From the NCBI GenBank assembly GCA_965649765.1, contig OZ287760.1, forward strand, positions 25,358,001 to 25,422,000: a stretch of 64,000 nucleotides of DNA, written 5' to 3'. Below the pieces are notes generated by a model, which was not told where the DNA came from, did no database searches, and saw nothing but the letters and a program-made list of their open reading frames with translations. The DNA comes from Bispira polyomma. Lineage: Eukaryota. The position numbers were made by a program, and so were the translations under genes. This document shows, piece after piece, positions 13,051 through 25,415 of this stretch (within the stretch, counting starts at the first letter, position 1; the number at the start of each line of letters is the position of its first letter).

Positions 13051-15519
13051 AAAAGAACTAGAGACCAAAGGAATGGTTTCAGCATTGTCTGGATTGTGTC
13101 AATTAAAATGAGGACATCTTTATATGTGGTGTTTGAGTTTAGGGGGTATGTATTGTGCCTGAATATTGTCAAAGTAAAATTTCAGGGCATATTTGAATCG
13201 AGCGCTGAAAGCTCTGTTAAAATGAATGGTTACAACTATAGGTTTGATTCCATGTGTACAAGAATTTTTTGACATATTATGTAACCCCCGTCATTTGGGT
13301 TAAGTCTGAGTTTGACCAAGGGCTTCTTTGGAGAATGCCCCCCCCCCCCCCCGATGTGTTTGTGGTAGACTTATATTTTAAAAATTCTTTACCAAGTGTA
13401 TGTCTAACAAGTACCATCTGGCGATGTCCGACCGTAGCATTTGCGATAAATATTTGTGGTTTGCGTCTCCACAAATGTAGTTTGGCACAGGGATTACAAG
13501 ACTTTTAATGGATTGCCACTTCCAATGTGATTTTTCTGTCCGATGTGAAAATTTCCGCTCCAGGAGCAAATTGTTTTATTGCAATCGCAAATGGTACAGT
13601 GGGTTTGTGTAAGGTTTGTTATAAGGAGGAAACACATCGCCATCGCAAATTGTACTTGATATGGCGAAAATAGTATTTGTGGAGACAAACACTAACCCTT
13701 CTGTAACGGCCATTCAACATTTTGAGTGCGCATGTATAAATTTCTTTGTGTGTGCTGCGGTGTGTTTGGGATAGACAAACCACTGAAAGATAACTAAGAC
13801 AGATCAAGTATTAACATTTTATTATATGGATTGTTATAACGTACAATTATTGTAAAAATAAACTTATAATGAAGAAGCTCTCATCGAAACATTCCTGTAG
13901 ATACCAATATTGGCTAAATTAGTGGTCGAAATGCAAAGTTGGCTTTTGGCAGTGGACATTTTATACAATAAAAATATCAGATTTTCATTTATTTCTATAT
14001 TTCATCAGTTTTTTTTAAAATCCCAATATCCTGTAACTGTGATGCACTTGCACATACATTCAACAATTACAAGAGTTGTCTCTTAAAGAAAGACACAGAC
14101 GCAGAGTGTAAAATTACCTAACGTTGATAAGGCCACTATATAATCAGGCCCGCTTGGCACCCCTACAATTATTTCTCTGACCCCCACCCCCCCACCCCCC
14201 TCAGTTTGGACAGGTCGATTACTTCCAACTATTCCACGAAGGCCTTACAACTTATTTTATAAGAAAACGGCGACCCTTTTTTAAATAAAAACAATATCAG
14301 GCTGTGCCTGATAAAACTATAAGAAGGGGAAAATAGGCCTGGCCTTACCTCTGAGGACAGTGAATTGGTCTCTCACTGCTTCCTTTTACATGTGTGGGGG
14401 AAGTGTTTTTGTTTTAGGTGCGTGAAATTAAGTTGGTGGATTCCAGCCACTCACTATGACAAAATGTGTTACCAGTATAAAAGTGATGTAAAAACACCCC
14501 CACATAAAGAATTTAAGTTCAAACAATAAAGAAGAACACTTTGCTTGCTGGTTTTAAATTTTTTTTTAAAAAGTAGCAATAATTGCTATCTTTAAGTGTT
14601 GAACATTTAATAGTTGGTTTGTTTGGATTTGAAATTAGCCTTCTCAATTTGACGTTTGCCAATTTCCTTCACATAAATGAAAATGTTTGTTGTATATCAT
14701 TGGCATGCCAAAGTAAAATTTTAAACATTACAGTACATGTTGTATCTTGATTTATAAATACAGAGTCATAAAGTAAATGTTTACCAAGAAAAGTATTTTT
14801 CTAAAGGCGAAAGAAGCCTATTCAAAAAAAGGTTTACATCGTAGCATTTATGAGAGGCAAGGCTATGCACATTGCTTAACTCACATTTCATCTAACCTGG
14901 TATTCTCGAAATAAACTCATGCTTAAACTCATACTCATACGTGGAAATAACACATACTTTGTAACCATTCATTTTAACAGAGCTTTCAATGCTGGACTCA
15001 AACATAACGGTTTAAGATTTGAGATAGAGTTTAACTCTTTTCTCCAGATCTACAGTGAGGATCCTGTACGGTTAAGTATGAGTGTTTGAGCCAAGAGTAT
15101 GTTCGAGAATACAAGACCAGGCATTTTTGATATAAAAGTCTTTCTTTTCTATTGAGCTTCACTAATAACTTCTTCTAAAATGCTTCATTAATCAAAATAT
15201 CTGCTGTATCCATTGAAATGCCAAAGGAATATTTAAATAGTTAGTAGCTTGATTAAAAAATACAACAACTTCAATTTTTACCAAGGTAAGGTGTGTTTTT
15301 TTTAAATGCGAAAGAAATCCTATAAAACACACTCTTAATTATTTCAAACTTATGAGACACAAGGCTATGTGGAACCATTAACCAGCCAATGTGTCAGATT
15401 CCAGGGTAACCTCTCTGGTTTCCGAAGCAAGCGTAAAACATATCTCTTCAATCTTGCTTACCACACTCCATAGTCATTTGTCCTTGTCCACGTCACCTCT
15501 ACGATCACAAACCTGTGGT

Positions 15520-16330
15520 ACCAAATAGGATTTTTCGCCACTTTGTCAATGATGTTGCGCCTTAGGAAGATTTCTTGCATTACCAATTAGGCGCGTTAAA
15601 AATCTATCATAATTCATTAAATATCGTTTCATCTATCTGGGCAATTTTTTTTTATATCAAGTGTAAGTCTTCCTTTTCTCTTGAGGTTCGCTAATAAAGT
15701 AGAACCTCTATTATCCAACCCTCTATCATCCAAACATGCGATTTTCCGAACTACATTTCACTCTTTCAAACTTTTTTTGCTATTGGTTTATACTAAAATG
15801 CCACTTCTATTTTTATCAAATGTATGTCTTCCGTTTCTCTGGACCTTCTCACTGATATTTCTTCTAAAGGCTTCCCTGTCTTCCTAGCTGATATTATTTT
15901 GCCCTCGTCTTGTTCACCAAAGCAACAGAATGGCTCCACCATGGACTATGATTTTCACCACTTTGTTAATGATGTGTTGTGCTTTAGAACAGATGCCCTG
16001 GCATCATGAATTAGGCGCATTAAAATCTATCATAATTCCTTAAATCACGTTTCATCTATCCAGGCATTTTTTTCAAGATCAAATGTAAGTCTTTATTTTC
16101 TTTTGAGCTTCTCACTATAGTTCTTCTTAGGCTTTCACCGCTAATATTATCTTCTCATCTTGTCGACAAAAGCAACAGAACAGCTCCACAATCGACTATG
16201 ATTTTCGCCCCTTTGTTAATGATGTGTTGCGCTTTAGCACAGATGCCCTATTATCATCAATAAGGCGCGTTAAAAATGATATCATAATTCCTTATATCGC
16301 GTTACATCTATCCAGCTATTGTTCTCTGTA
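15520..16330 (-). repeat. ~255-bp degenerate tandem copies of the GPCR C-terminal coding end plus 3' flank
   Basis: Copies near 16078-16192 (IVELFCCFCRQDEKII...KTYI*) and 15815-15942 (MVEPFCCFGEQDEGKIISA...KTYI*, frameshifted), with partial copies near 15655 and 15130. Each unit includes an L2-like tail segment (gcgctttag..gatgccc..aggcgc). Confidence 0.85.
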
Positions 16331-17168
16331 TCAAATGTAAGTCTTCTGTTTCTCTGGAGTTTCACTAAAACTTCTTCTCATGCTTTGCTGTCTTTTTTTC
16401 TTTGCCGATATTATTTTCTCCTCTTGTTGCTGACTAAAGCAGCAGAAGAGCTCCACCATAGTGTTCTGGAAGCGTTTGCTCATAGCACAGTACAGAACAA
16501 AGGTGACGCTGTTGTTCGCCAGAGCGAGGATGTCCATGAAATCTCCTAGGGGGATGTAAACCTCCTCTAGGAACTTTGGCAGTACACCACTGAGGAGGAT
16601 GATGATCCCTTGGGGAATTTCTGTGACTAAAAACATGACCAGGATGATGATAAGGAGCCGGGTGGGCCTGTTGGTCTCTTTGATCCTCCGCAGTTCAGCC
16701 GGCGACATTCCGACCATGGTGGTGCCGAGTCTCTGAGCGGCGATGTACCTTTGCCGCCTCGAATTCCGAACCGACTTGAGCGTGTGGATGAGTAGCACGA
16801 TAAAGACGAAGAGGATGACTCCGGGCAGGATCTTCATCATGATGGCTTGTACCCAGAAGTTGATATGGTAGACGGACTGTTCCAACGGCGTGTCGTAGCG
16901 AAAGCTTATGACCCACACGGTGCCTCCGATGTCATTTTTTGGGTGACCCGCGATGGTGATGGAGCAGAAGTTGGGGACGCACATGAGAAAGGTGACAGCA
17001 TACACTGCAGCCACTACCACTTTGGCCTTAGTCAGCGACCTGGACTTGTCGGCGCTCCTCTGTCGGCACTCGCGGACGTTCATGTAGCGGAATGCCCCCA
17101 GCACCACGGTCAGCCACAGGGAGGAAGAATGGGCCACAATACTAAAGCAGGCGAAGAACAGCATGTAC
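16331..17168 (-). CDS. Coding exon 2 of the same GPCR: TM3-TM7 and C-tail
   Basis: Acceptor ttttacAG|G at 17168 completes AGG (Arg) in frame with exon 1. TM3 ends LTVVLGAFRY (DRY variant), TM6 has FLVTEIPQG, TM7 has NNSVTFVLYCAMSKRF, followed by a CC palmitoylation-like motif and TGA at 16333-16331. Total 344+838 nt = 393 aa plus stop. Confidence 0.92.
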
Positions 17169-17351
17169 CTGTAAAATGATTGTAAACATTTAAAAGAGCA
17201 GAGTATCAAGAAACTGAACATTGTCTTCAGGTTGTGCATTAAACAGTCAGACTTTCGGGGTCTCCCCTCTAGCTTTAAATGTTAAGTGTGCGTCTATTAA
17301 ACTTAAGATCTGTGAGAGCCACGGTCATAATCCCAGCAGAAGCAAGTTTCT

Positions 17352-17660
17352 ATATAAAACTTACATGGTCAAGATCTGCGGCACCCCCCCCCCCCCATAT
17401 ATAAAACTTACATGGTCAAGATCTGCGGCACCCCCCCCTATATAAAACTTACATGGTCAAGATCTGCGGCACCCCCCCCCCCCCTGTATAAAACATACAT
17501 GGTCAAGATCTGCGGCACCCCCCCCCCCCCTGTATAAAACATACATGATCAAGATCTGCGGCACCCCCCCCCCTGTATAAAACATACATGATCAAGATCT
17601 GCGGCACCCCCCCCCCCATATAAAACATACATGATCAAGATCTGCGGCACCCCCGCCCCG
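17352..17660. repeat. ~42-bp intronic minisatellite with variable poly-C
   Basis: Unit tataaaac(t/a)tacatg(g/a)tcaagatctgcggcac(c)n, 7 copies. Confidence 0.92.
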
Positions 17661-18794
17661 TTTCTCATAAGCCAAACAAGCAAGTAGAATCATAATGTAG
17701 TAGTATAAGACCTGAGGACAGTTCATCTTGGAGAGGAGAGGCATGTAATATCATTGTAATATGAGGGCATTAAACACTCAGGCTTTCAGTGTTTCCCCCT
17801 TAGCTTAATTGTTAAGCTTGCAACTATTAATCTCACGATCCAGGCATCGAATCCCAGCAAGCAAGTTTCTTTCTAATATAACAATACTCAGTGCATATAT
17901 TTTCATCTGGTACTCAGAGCACTGATTGAAAGCCTTTCCTGACTGTCACAGTCAACTGCAATCAGTTTACTTTTATAGCGCCCCAACAAAAGAGAGAGGT
18001 TTGAGAATTTATGACACCATTTGTCAACGTCACCAAGGATATTTTTAGCCTGCCACTGGGGATAGGACCCAGTGCAATTTAATGCTAAACAATTGAACAC
18101 AATTTGTAGAGGAAACATTTTGTACATTTGAATACACAACTGGCTAATCAGTAATCATTTAGAGTGGCTCAATGTAAGATCGCTGGGGTAATATGATTGT
18201 TCTTTTTTGTGTAATGTTATGTAGTTTGTAGTGAATTTATTACATGTCACTATATATACAGTATTATCCGACAATTTCACTCTTCCAAAAGTATTTTTAC
18301 TATTGTTTCATACTAAATGCCACCTCTATCTACAGACCTTCTATTATCCAAACAAACTCATAAAAATAGAGGTTCTACTGTATGTAGAAATGTAAATTTA
18401 TATTTATAGAGCACTTTCTTTCAAAGCGCTGTACATAGTTAACACCCCCAGCCTGGGTTTGTCCACTCAACCAATTGTTCAGTCTCACAGCTCCCTCAGG
18501 AAGCATACTTAAGCTGTGTTGACACATGTATGACGACCAAAGACTAACACCTATTAGCCTAGTACCTGATCTTTAAAGTAGCAGAGATCACTTATTTATG
18601 GATGAGATCACTATTAAATGACAGCACCTATTTTATACTCTGAAAAAAATTGGACACACCCGCTTTGGTTTGGACAGGGTCGATATATTCCAACCAATCA
18701 ATGAAGGCCTTTCATATTTTCATTTCTATGATGGCGGCACCTGATAAAAATAGCAATTGCATAATCATCGAAGCCGCAGTGATTGTGACGTACT

Positions 18795-19053
18795 TTGGTC
18801 AGTGTTAAAGTAGACACAGAGACCATGTACTATATGATTGGTCAGTGTTCAAGTAGAAATAGAGACCATGTACTATATGATTGGTCAGTGTTCAAGTAGA
18901 AATAGAGACCATGTACTATATGATTGGTCAGTGTTCAAGTAGACACAGCGAACATGTCCTTTATGATTGGTCAGTGTTCAAGTAGACACAGAGAATATGT
19001 ACTATATGATTGGTCAGTGTTCAAGTAGACATAGAGACCATGTACTATATGAT
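18795..19053. repeat. 43-bp intronic minisatellite
   Basis: Unit gattggtcagtgttcaagtagaaatagagaccatgtactatat, about 6 copies, ending ~16 nt from the GPCR donor site. Confidence 0.92.
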
Positions 19054-19069
19054 AATAAAATCAATTCAC

Positions 19070-19413
19070 CTGGCTGCAGCAAGTGTGTTCCGCTCCACTG
19101 AGGACTCTGGCCCATGGACGCAGTAGAAGTGTAGGGCGAACGGCAGGTAGATGAGCATGGTGAGGACATCAGAGGTTGCCATGGCGGCCAGGATCAGGTT
19201 ACAGGGGGTGAGCATCTTGGCGCGGGTGAGAACCGCGGCATTGATGAGGTTGACAGGGATTCCCACCAGGCATATGGCGCTGGCGATGTAGCCGTGAACT
19301 CGACTGTAGGCCACGCCAAAGGCCACGATGTTCTCTGAGCCGTAGTACAGCGGTGGAGACGAGGTCATCTCTCCTCCGCTGATGCTCATGGTCACGTTGT
19401 CGAAGACATCCAT
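19070..19413 (-). CDS. Coding exon 1 of a class A neuropeptide GPCR (myosuppressin/myomodulin-receptor, DmsR-like): N-terminus, TM1, TM2
   Basis: ATG at 19413 opens MDVFDNVT (N-glycosylation sequon), then TM1 (YIASAICLVGIPVNLINAAVL) and TM2 (NLILAAMATSDVLTMLIYLP). The exon ends at AG|GTGAAT (phase 2). It is GC-rich relative to its flanks. An acceptor ttttgatttgtAG at 19464-19463 implies an upstream non-coding exon. Confidence 0.9.
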
Positions 19414-19507
19414 GCTTTTTGTGGGGGTGGTGTTTGGTCTTCGAGTTGGTTTTCTCTTGACTCTACAAATCAAAAGGTGACAATTAAATGAAATGTGTTT
19501 TTTAAAA

Positions 19508-20100
19508 TCCAGGCAGATGGCTATGTGGTCGTGTACTCGACTGTAAGCCACACTGAACCTTAGTAGGGAGGGGATGACAAGGAGGTCTCTCCATTCATGG
19601 TCGCGTTGTGTAAGACATCCATGCTCTTTGTCTTTCTTTTTACTCTAGAAATCAAAGGTGAAATGTGTTTATAAACCATCAGTTCAAATATATTTAAAAC
19701 ATATTTCTGCTGCTTATGGTGGCATTGTCTAGCAATCCAAGTTTGGTGTCGCGTTTTTTTTTCTTCTTTTGACTCAAAATAAAAGAGGGTGCCACAATGA
19801 ATAATTTGTACTGTATTATTGTATTGTATTTTTGATATTTTAACGCGCCTTATTGATGGACAATCAATCTAAAGGACAACAACAGAATAAATGTGTTTTT
19901 CATAAACCACCAGTTCACAAATCAATGGCTATATTGTTCTCTGCCCCATAGTAGAGCGGTGGTAAGGTTTCTCCACTGTTCACTGTTGCATTCTCGAAGA
20001 CATCCATGCCTTTTTTGTTGTTGTTGGTGTGGTCGTGTTTTTTTTCTTTTGTGACATAATTGTAAAGTGGTTTTTAAAACCATCAGTTTTTAAATCTAAA
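19508..20100 (-). pseudogene. Two degenerate upstream copies of the GPCR start region
   Basis: 19622-19560 reads MDVLHNATMNGETSLSSPPY* and is followed by VAYSRVHDHIAICL. 20007-19915 reads MDVFENATVNSGETLPPLYYGAENNIAIDL*. Both match the real MDVFDNVTMSISGGEMTSSPPLYYGSENIV. Confidence 0.85.
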
Positions 20101-20619
20101 AAAAAACAAAAGCATTTTAAGCATATGTTTTTCCTACAAACAGACTTGCCTATACCCCTCCTTATTCTCTTCCTTGGTGGATGCTGTTTGTGTAACAACC
20201 TTTTGCTTATGCCATGGGACCTTCCCTGTTTGGATATCAGCGCCTTAGAGGATGTTCTTAATACATATATCAATTTAAATGTTTTACAAATGAAATGTGT
20301 TTTCAAACCGTCAGTTTATAAATCTAAACAAAAACCCATTTCAGTGATCACAGTTTTTTGCTGATAAAGCTCTCTTAGGTGTGGGACCATAAAATTGGCT
20401 CCTAAGTTTGACCTAAGTTTGACACATACTTGTTCTATTTACATATAGAGCCTACTCTATATACAGGCCTTTAATGTCTCGCATGTTTCACACAAGCTGA
20501 ATGATTGCAAGCTGAAGTTTGGTATACTAAGGATTCTAGTTCAACTATGTAAATGTGTGTAGGTTTATAGTCCGACATCATCATACATTAAGGTATCAGC
20601 CGACTTTACAGTTTACATC

Positions 20620-20890
20620 CCTAGTCTGGGTTGTCCCACTTGTCAACCAATTGTTCAGTCTCAGCTCCCTCAGGAAGCATACTAGCCGTGCTGCCACATG
20701 CGGTGCACAAAGACTAACACCCATTCATGGCCAGGTACCCATTTATACACCTGTGTAGAGAGGGACAACTTTGTGTAAAGCACCTTGTTCAAGGGTACAA
20801 TCTCCAGGCCTGCAGCGATGATCAAACAGGGGCTCTGAGATTACACAGATCCAAATTCTGATACTCTAACCACTAGGCCACAGAGACCAC
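20620..20890 (-). mobile_element. tRNA-derived SINE, same family as 8158
   Basis: Reverse-complement match to 8158-8390. Confidence 0.75.
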
Positions 20891-22074
20891 TACGTCTAAT
20901 TATAGTTTTGCTTATCATGATGCTGAAAGCACCTAATTGTTCCGCAAGGCATTTTCCTCCTTAGTTGGTGTGGCATCCCCGTGTCGCCATGGTGTTGACC
21001 TATTGTCTCTGTGTAACAGATACACGATGAGCTATATTGGCCCTCGTCTAAAGTTTACTATGCACCTTAGAATCTGTGTTTACTTTTCAGAGATTACTTA
21101 CCGATGGTCGCTAGTTTACAGTAATGAATCTTGACCAACCAGTATACACTGGTTTCCTCCAGCACTAAAACTGCTACGTCGTGATATGACCTATACACTG
21201 TGTTGAAAGCAACGTTAAACCCAAAATCAAATAAAACCTTCAGAGATTAAGTGCTCATAAGAAATGTGATTAGGATTAGGGGATTAGGTGCTTAAGATCA
21301 GAGAGCTTTTGTATAAAGTTGAATCAAAGTAGGACTTGTTTTGTGAAAATGAGGGTTTATATGGAACCAGTTATTATATGAATCATGGACATTTTTGGTT
21401 AATATGTCAAATTGAACATTTTGCAAATAGTTAATAGTAATTGTAATATTCTGTTATAAAATATTAGTCCTGTTAAACATTGAATGACCAGTGGAACAGG
21501 GTTACAACCGTTTTTTCTTTGAACTTGTTAAAGGGAGAAAAAAGAAGAAAAAAAGTACATTAGCATCACTGCTTTTGTGCTGCACAGAAATAGGATGAGC
21601 TGGACTTGCACAATCTCTCCACTGATGTAATTACTAGATATTGCTAAACCCTAATTCTACATACTAACCATGCCTTTTGAGAAAAATAATATCAAAGCGG
21701 CTGGATTTGGAAGATTTGATTTGTTGAGTTTACCGGCGCTTTCAACACATTGCATATATCATATCATGACAGGACGTTTTGGTGCTGGAGGAAACAAGTG
21801 TGTACTAACTAGTTGGTCAGGATTCTACAATGTAAACAAGTGACCCTGGACAACCCTTTTCCACTTAAGGCCTCGTCTGAGATTCAAACTGGGACCTCAA
21901 GCAAGTAACTCAAATATTGTGACTGTCTGAAGAGACTGGTCTGTGTTCGTATTATATTTTGTTACTCTAATTAATTAATTGTGAGTCTTTAAAGCTAAAA
22001 GTATGCAAAATTACACAACTTACACAGTCTATTTACCATATACTGTGTCGAGTCATTTTTCGTCTGAGGATCGG

Positions 22075-22467
22075 TACTGATGTCTCTCCATACCTCAAAA
22101 ACTACACTGGCTTACCATTCATTATCGTATTTTGTTTAAAATCCATGTGACCACTTTCAAAGCTGTTATCTCTCAACAGCTCTCCTACCTTGCTGTTCGC
22201 CTTTCCTTCAGTAGCCTTAAAAGTGGGAAAGAGACTTGATTTCCTCTGTTAAACCTACCAAGAGGGTTAGATCTGGAGCTTTCTCTATTGTTGTCCCTAT
22301 GTTATGGAATAGTCTCTCTGTTGAGCTTGGATCACTTGGAACACTTTCTGGTTTTAGAAAAAAGCTTAAAACCCATCTCTTCAGGCTCGCCTACTCCCTT
22401 AGTTCCCTCCATGTACACCCCCACTTCCTTCCTTACAACCTTGACTATGTTTTTAAAAAATTCTCTA
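22075..22467 (+). mobile_element. L2/CR1 LINE 3' fragment
   Basis: LKKLHWL..IHYRILFK and AFSIVVPMLWNSL...FRKKLKTHLFRLAY. Related tails occur at ~27600-27950 and ~60170-60305. Confidence 0.8.
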
Positions 22468-22702
22468 TTATTATGCATTTTAACGCGCTTTATTGATGCC
22501 AGGCATCTTCTAAAGCGCAACAGCATAATCAGTGATTCAATCGTAAAGTCCATGGGCATAGCAAGGTTGTAAGGGTAGGGGGGTTAACAGCTGGTTAATC
22601 AGCAAGAAAACCAGACACGATATTAACCCACCCCGTAGCATCCGGCGGCAAGGGGCGCAACTTCCTTTCACGCTTCACATGGTGAAGGGTGCTGTAGCCG
22701 AG
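22468..22702 (-). mobile_element. Second copy of the L2-tailed SINE-like repeat
   Basis: Reverse complement of 3498-3736; lies tail-to-tail with an L2 fragment. Confidence 0.75.
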
Positions 22703-24429
22703 ATGTGCTGTAGATGTCTATATATATATATCCCTTTTACTAAAACCATAACATTTTTAGATTTTGGGATTCATCTCTGTAAATATTCCCCAATTGAAGT
22801 TGTCTTTCTTGTCTATTCTGTATCCTGTTTATTAAAAACACCTGTGGCCTACACTTCCCTAATTTAAAGCTTCAATTTTAGTTTTACATAATAAAAAGAA
22901 ATCTGTATATCTTCTTTGTTATTCCTTAAAAACTCACCTTTTATTTTGTCGGAATCAGCTCTGTCAATATTTTCTCATTAAAGTTGCTTTCAGTTGATGT
23001 CCACTTTTATCATATGTTGACTATTTATAGAAACAGCACCCATATGTCCATTCAGTCAGACTTCTATTCAGAAACATATTTTCTACATTTTCCTAATAAA
23101 ATGTTTGATTTGTATTATTTACAATAATCTACAAAACCCTTTAACTAGTGCATCCCTTCTTGAATCTTTTTAACTTCGAGAATCAGCTTCATATAAATAT
23201 TCCTTGTTGAAGCTGTTTTTGCAATGTCCAGTTATATTATTGTTTCCATATAACACAACATGTATCATATATTAACCAGTGTCTCTTCAACAATCTTCCT
23301 TAAACTTCCTTTATCCCTTGGTTTGTAGAATCAACAACTCTCTTAAAAATAGTGCTGATTAAAAGTTAATTTGTATATTAACAGAACTTCTTATCCATAT
23401 AAACATCCTTCTCTAAATTTCCTGATTTTCAAATAAAAAGTCTTTTTTTTTTTTAATTTACAAAATGCAATCATATATAAACAAGCACATATTCACCTTT
23501 AATTAATATATATTCCTAATTTGCTGGCATTTGTTTATATAGTCACACAGTGGGATGTTACACAGGTCACAAGAGACACAGAAGTCAAATTAAGGGTTTG
23601 TTTTCCCATTTGTCTGATGATTATATTCATTTACAAAAATCCCCCGCATCTCTTTTTTCTCCCTATTAGCGAAGACTAAAAAAGCTAGAAATGATATCAT
23701 CATCATTGTTACAAAACTTGACAATGACCCATCATGGGTGAGAAAAAAGGATTCACTTGTGACCAATCAAAACGCTTGTAACATGTCAGTTTACTGAGAT
23801 CTGTTAAGTGATCTCTGATGTAGGGGTCGTCCGTCCATGTGCTTCTTTCATTTAATCCACTTAACAGCTCTAAACGAGAGAGAAAATAGGCAGCTAGTGA
23901 AGTTTGCCTGCAGCGATTGCTACCCAAGACAGTTAGCCAATGCACTAATTGGATTGTAATGGGAAACTAGGTTCCAGGAAATTATGTGTCCTCTGTGTGT
24001 TTTTTCTATCTTTTCTTTGCTGCCACCCATGTTTTCTTATTGGGCAAATTAAAAAATGAGAAAATTGAAATGTTTGTGAATGTATTTGTGAAATGTGTCA
24101 CCTGAATGAAATTGAAGATGAATTATAGCACTTTCTATTAAGATGTTGTTCTCCGTATGATTTACACGAAAAAGAACACAAAACTATGTGAAATTGATAA
24201 ATTTAGCTTGGTGATGCGAAACTCAAATAGATATATGGCAACCTTTTTGATAAAGGCAAGGGAATGTAGATAAAGTCTTCGGTTTAAAGAATATATTTGA
24301 AAATACACATGTATTAGAAATTGTATTTTGTGCTAAATTATGTATTTACACACATTCAAGTGTTACTTCAGGCCAATTAAGAAATGATTTAAGTAAGTAT
24401 TACAGACTTAAACATTCAATATCATTACA

Positions 24430-25415
24430 TGTCATCTGATCATAAACCATTGTCTCTTAAACTTCATGTCATTACTCCTGATGAAAATACTGCCACTGAT
24501 TCTGCCCCAAAAAGTATGGAACATTTTGTCTGAAACTCAACTGAATGCCTACTATCAACACAGTGAATCGGTACTAAAACAGCTTATCCCACCAGTTGAA
24601 GCCTGTAACTGTACAAATACAAACTGTAAAAACAATAACCATGCAGCATCTTTAAACCAGTTATATAAAAACATAACTCATGCCTTGTCCAGTGCTTGTT
24701 ATCCTTTCTGTAAACCCTTATCTGATACACCAAAAAAACATTAATACCTGGGTTGAACGAATAAGTTAAAGACAGTCACAGCGCTGCTAGAGATGCTTTA
24801 AAGCTCTGGAAATGCCATGACAGCCCCAGAAGTCGTCCCGTTACAACACTTTTGAGAGACTCATGAGCTGTTTACAAATATTGCCTCAGAACTAGTAAAA
24901 AACAGATCTGATAAACTGGCACAAGCTTTACTTAATTCAAGCAACGGATCTGATTGTTAGCAGGATTTAAGAAAAGTAACCAACAAGCAGGTACCATTAC
25001 CCAAGAATCTTGATAATGTTACAGGCACTGTTTTCATTTTGATCATGCGGAAGACACACTTCAAATCTATTTTCAACAGTGTAATTCCTACGAAGTATGA
25101 CAGGCATTATCTCAGTTATTTCCGATAGAACAATACCTGCAAGTTAAATGGTAAGAGAGGCTATATCACATCTCCCTTGCGGCAAATCACCAGGTTTAAA
25201 ATAACCTAACAGCAGAGCATTTAAAGTACTCCTGCAAAAGAGTTCATAGTTTGTTTGCCATGGTAATTACAGCATTATTTATACATGGATATCTTCCTGA
25301 AAAAATCATTAATGGTGTTTTGGTACCAATAGTGAAGACCAAATATGGGGACCTGACTTCTGAGAATAACTACAGGCCTATAGGCCTCAGCTCAGTTTTC
25401 TCAAAGATACCGGAA
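24430..25415 (+). mobile_element. Degenerate non-LTR retrotransposon, RTE-X-like ORF2 fragment
   Basis: SSDHKPL (end of an APE endonuclease) at ~24431 and FIHGYLP...LVPIVKTKYGDLTSENNYRPIGLSSVFSKI (start of RT). The clade assignment is tentative. Confidence 0.75.

Noticed and set aside
16847-17179. Antisense and alternative-frame ORFs over the GPCR exon and over the retroelement genes
   Set aside because: Shadow ORFs of real coding sequence with no independent features.
19414-19551. ORF-track N-terminal extension of the GPCR (also 17169-17239)
   Set aside because: These run through splice acceptors into intron. The first part is the degenerate duplicate, opened by a non-ATG codon.
22740-23530. 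AT-rich stretch that looks like decayed coding sequence (also ~29200-29620)
   Set aside because: No sustained frame or recognisable motif; a BLASTx search would be needed.
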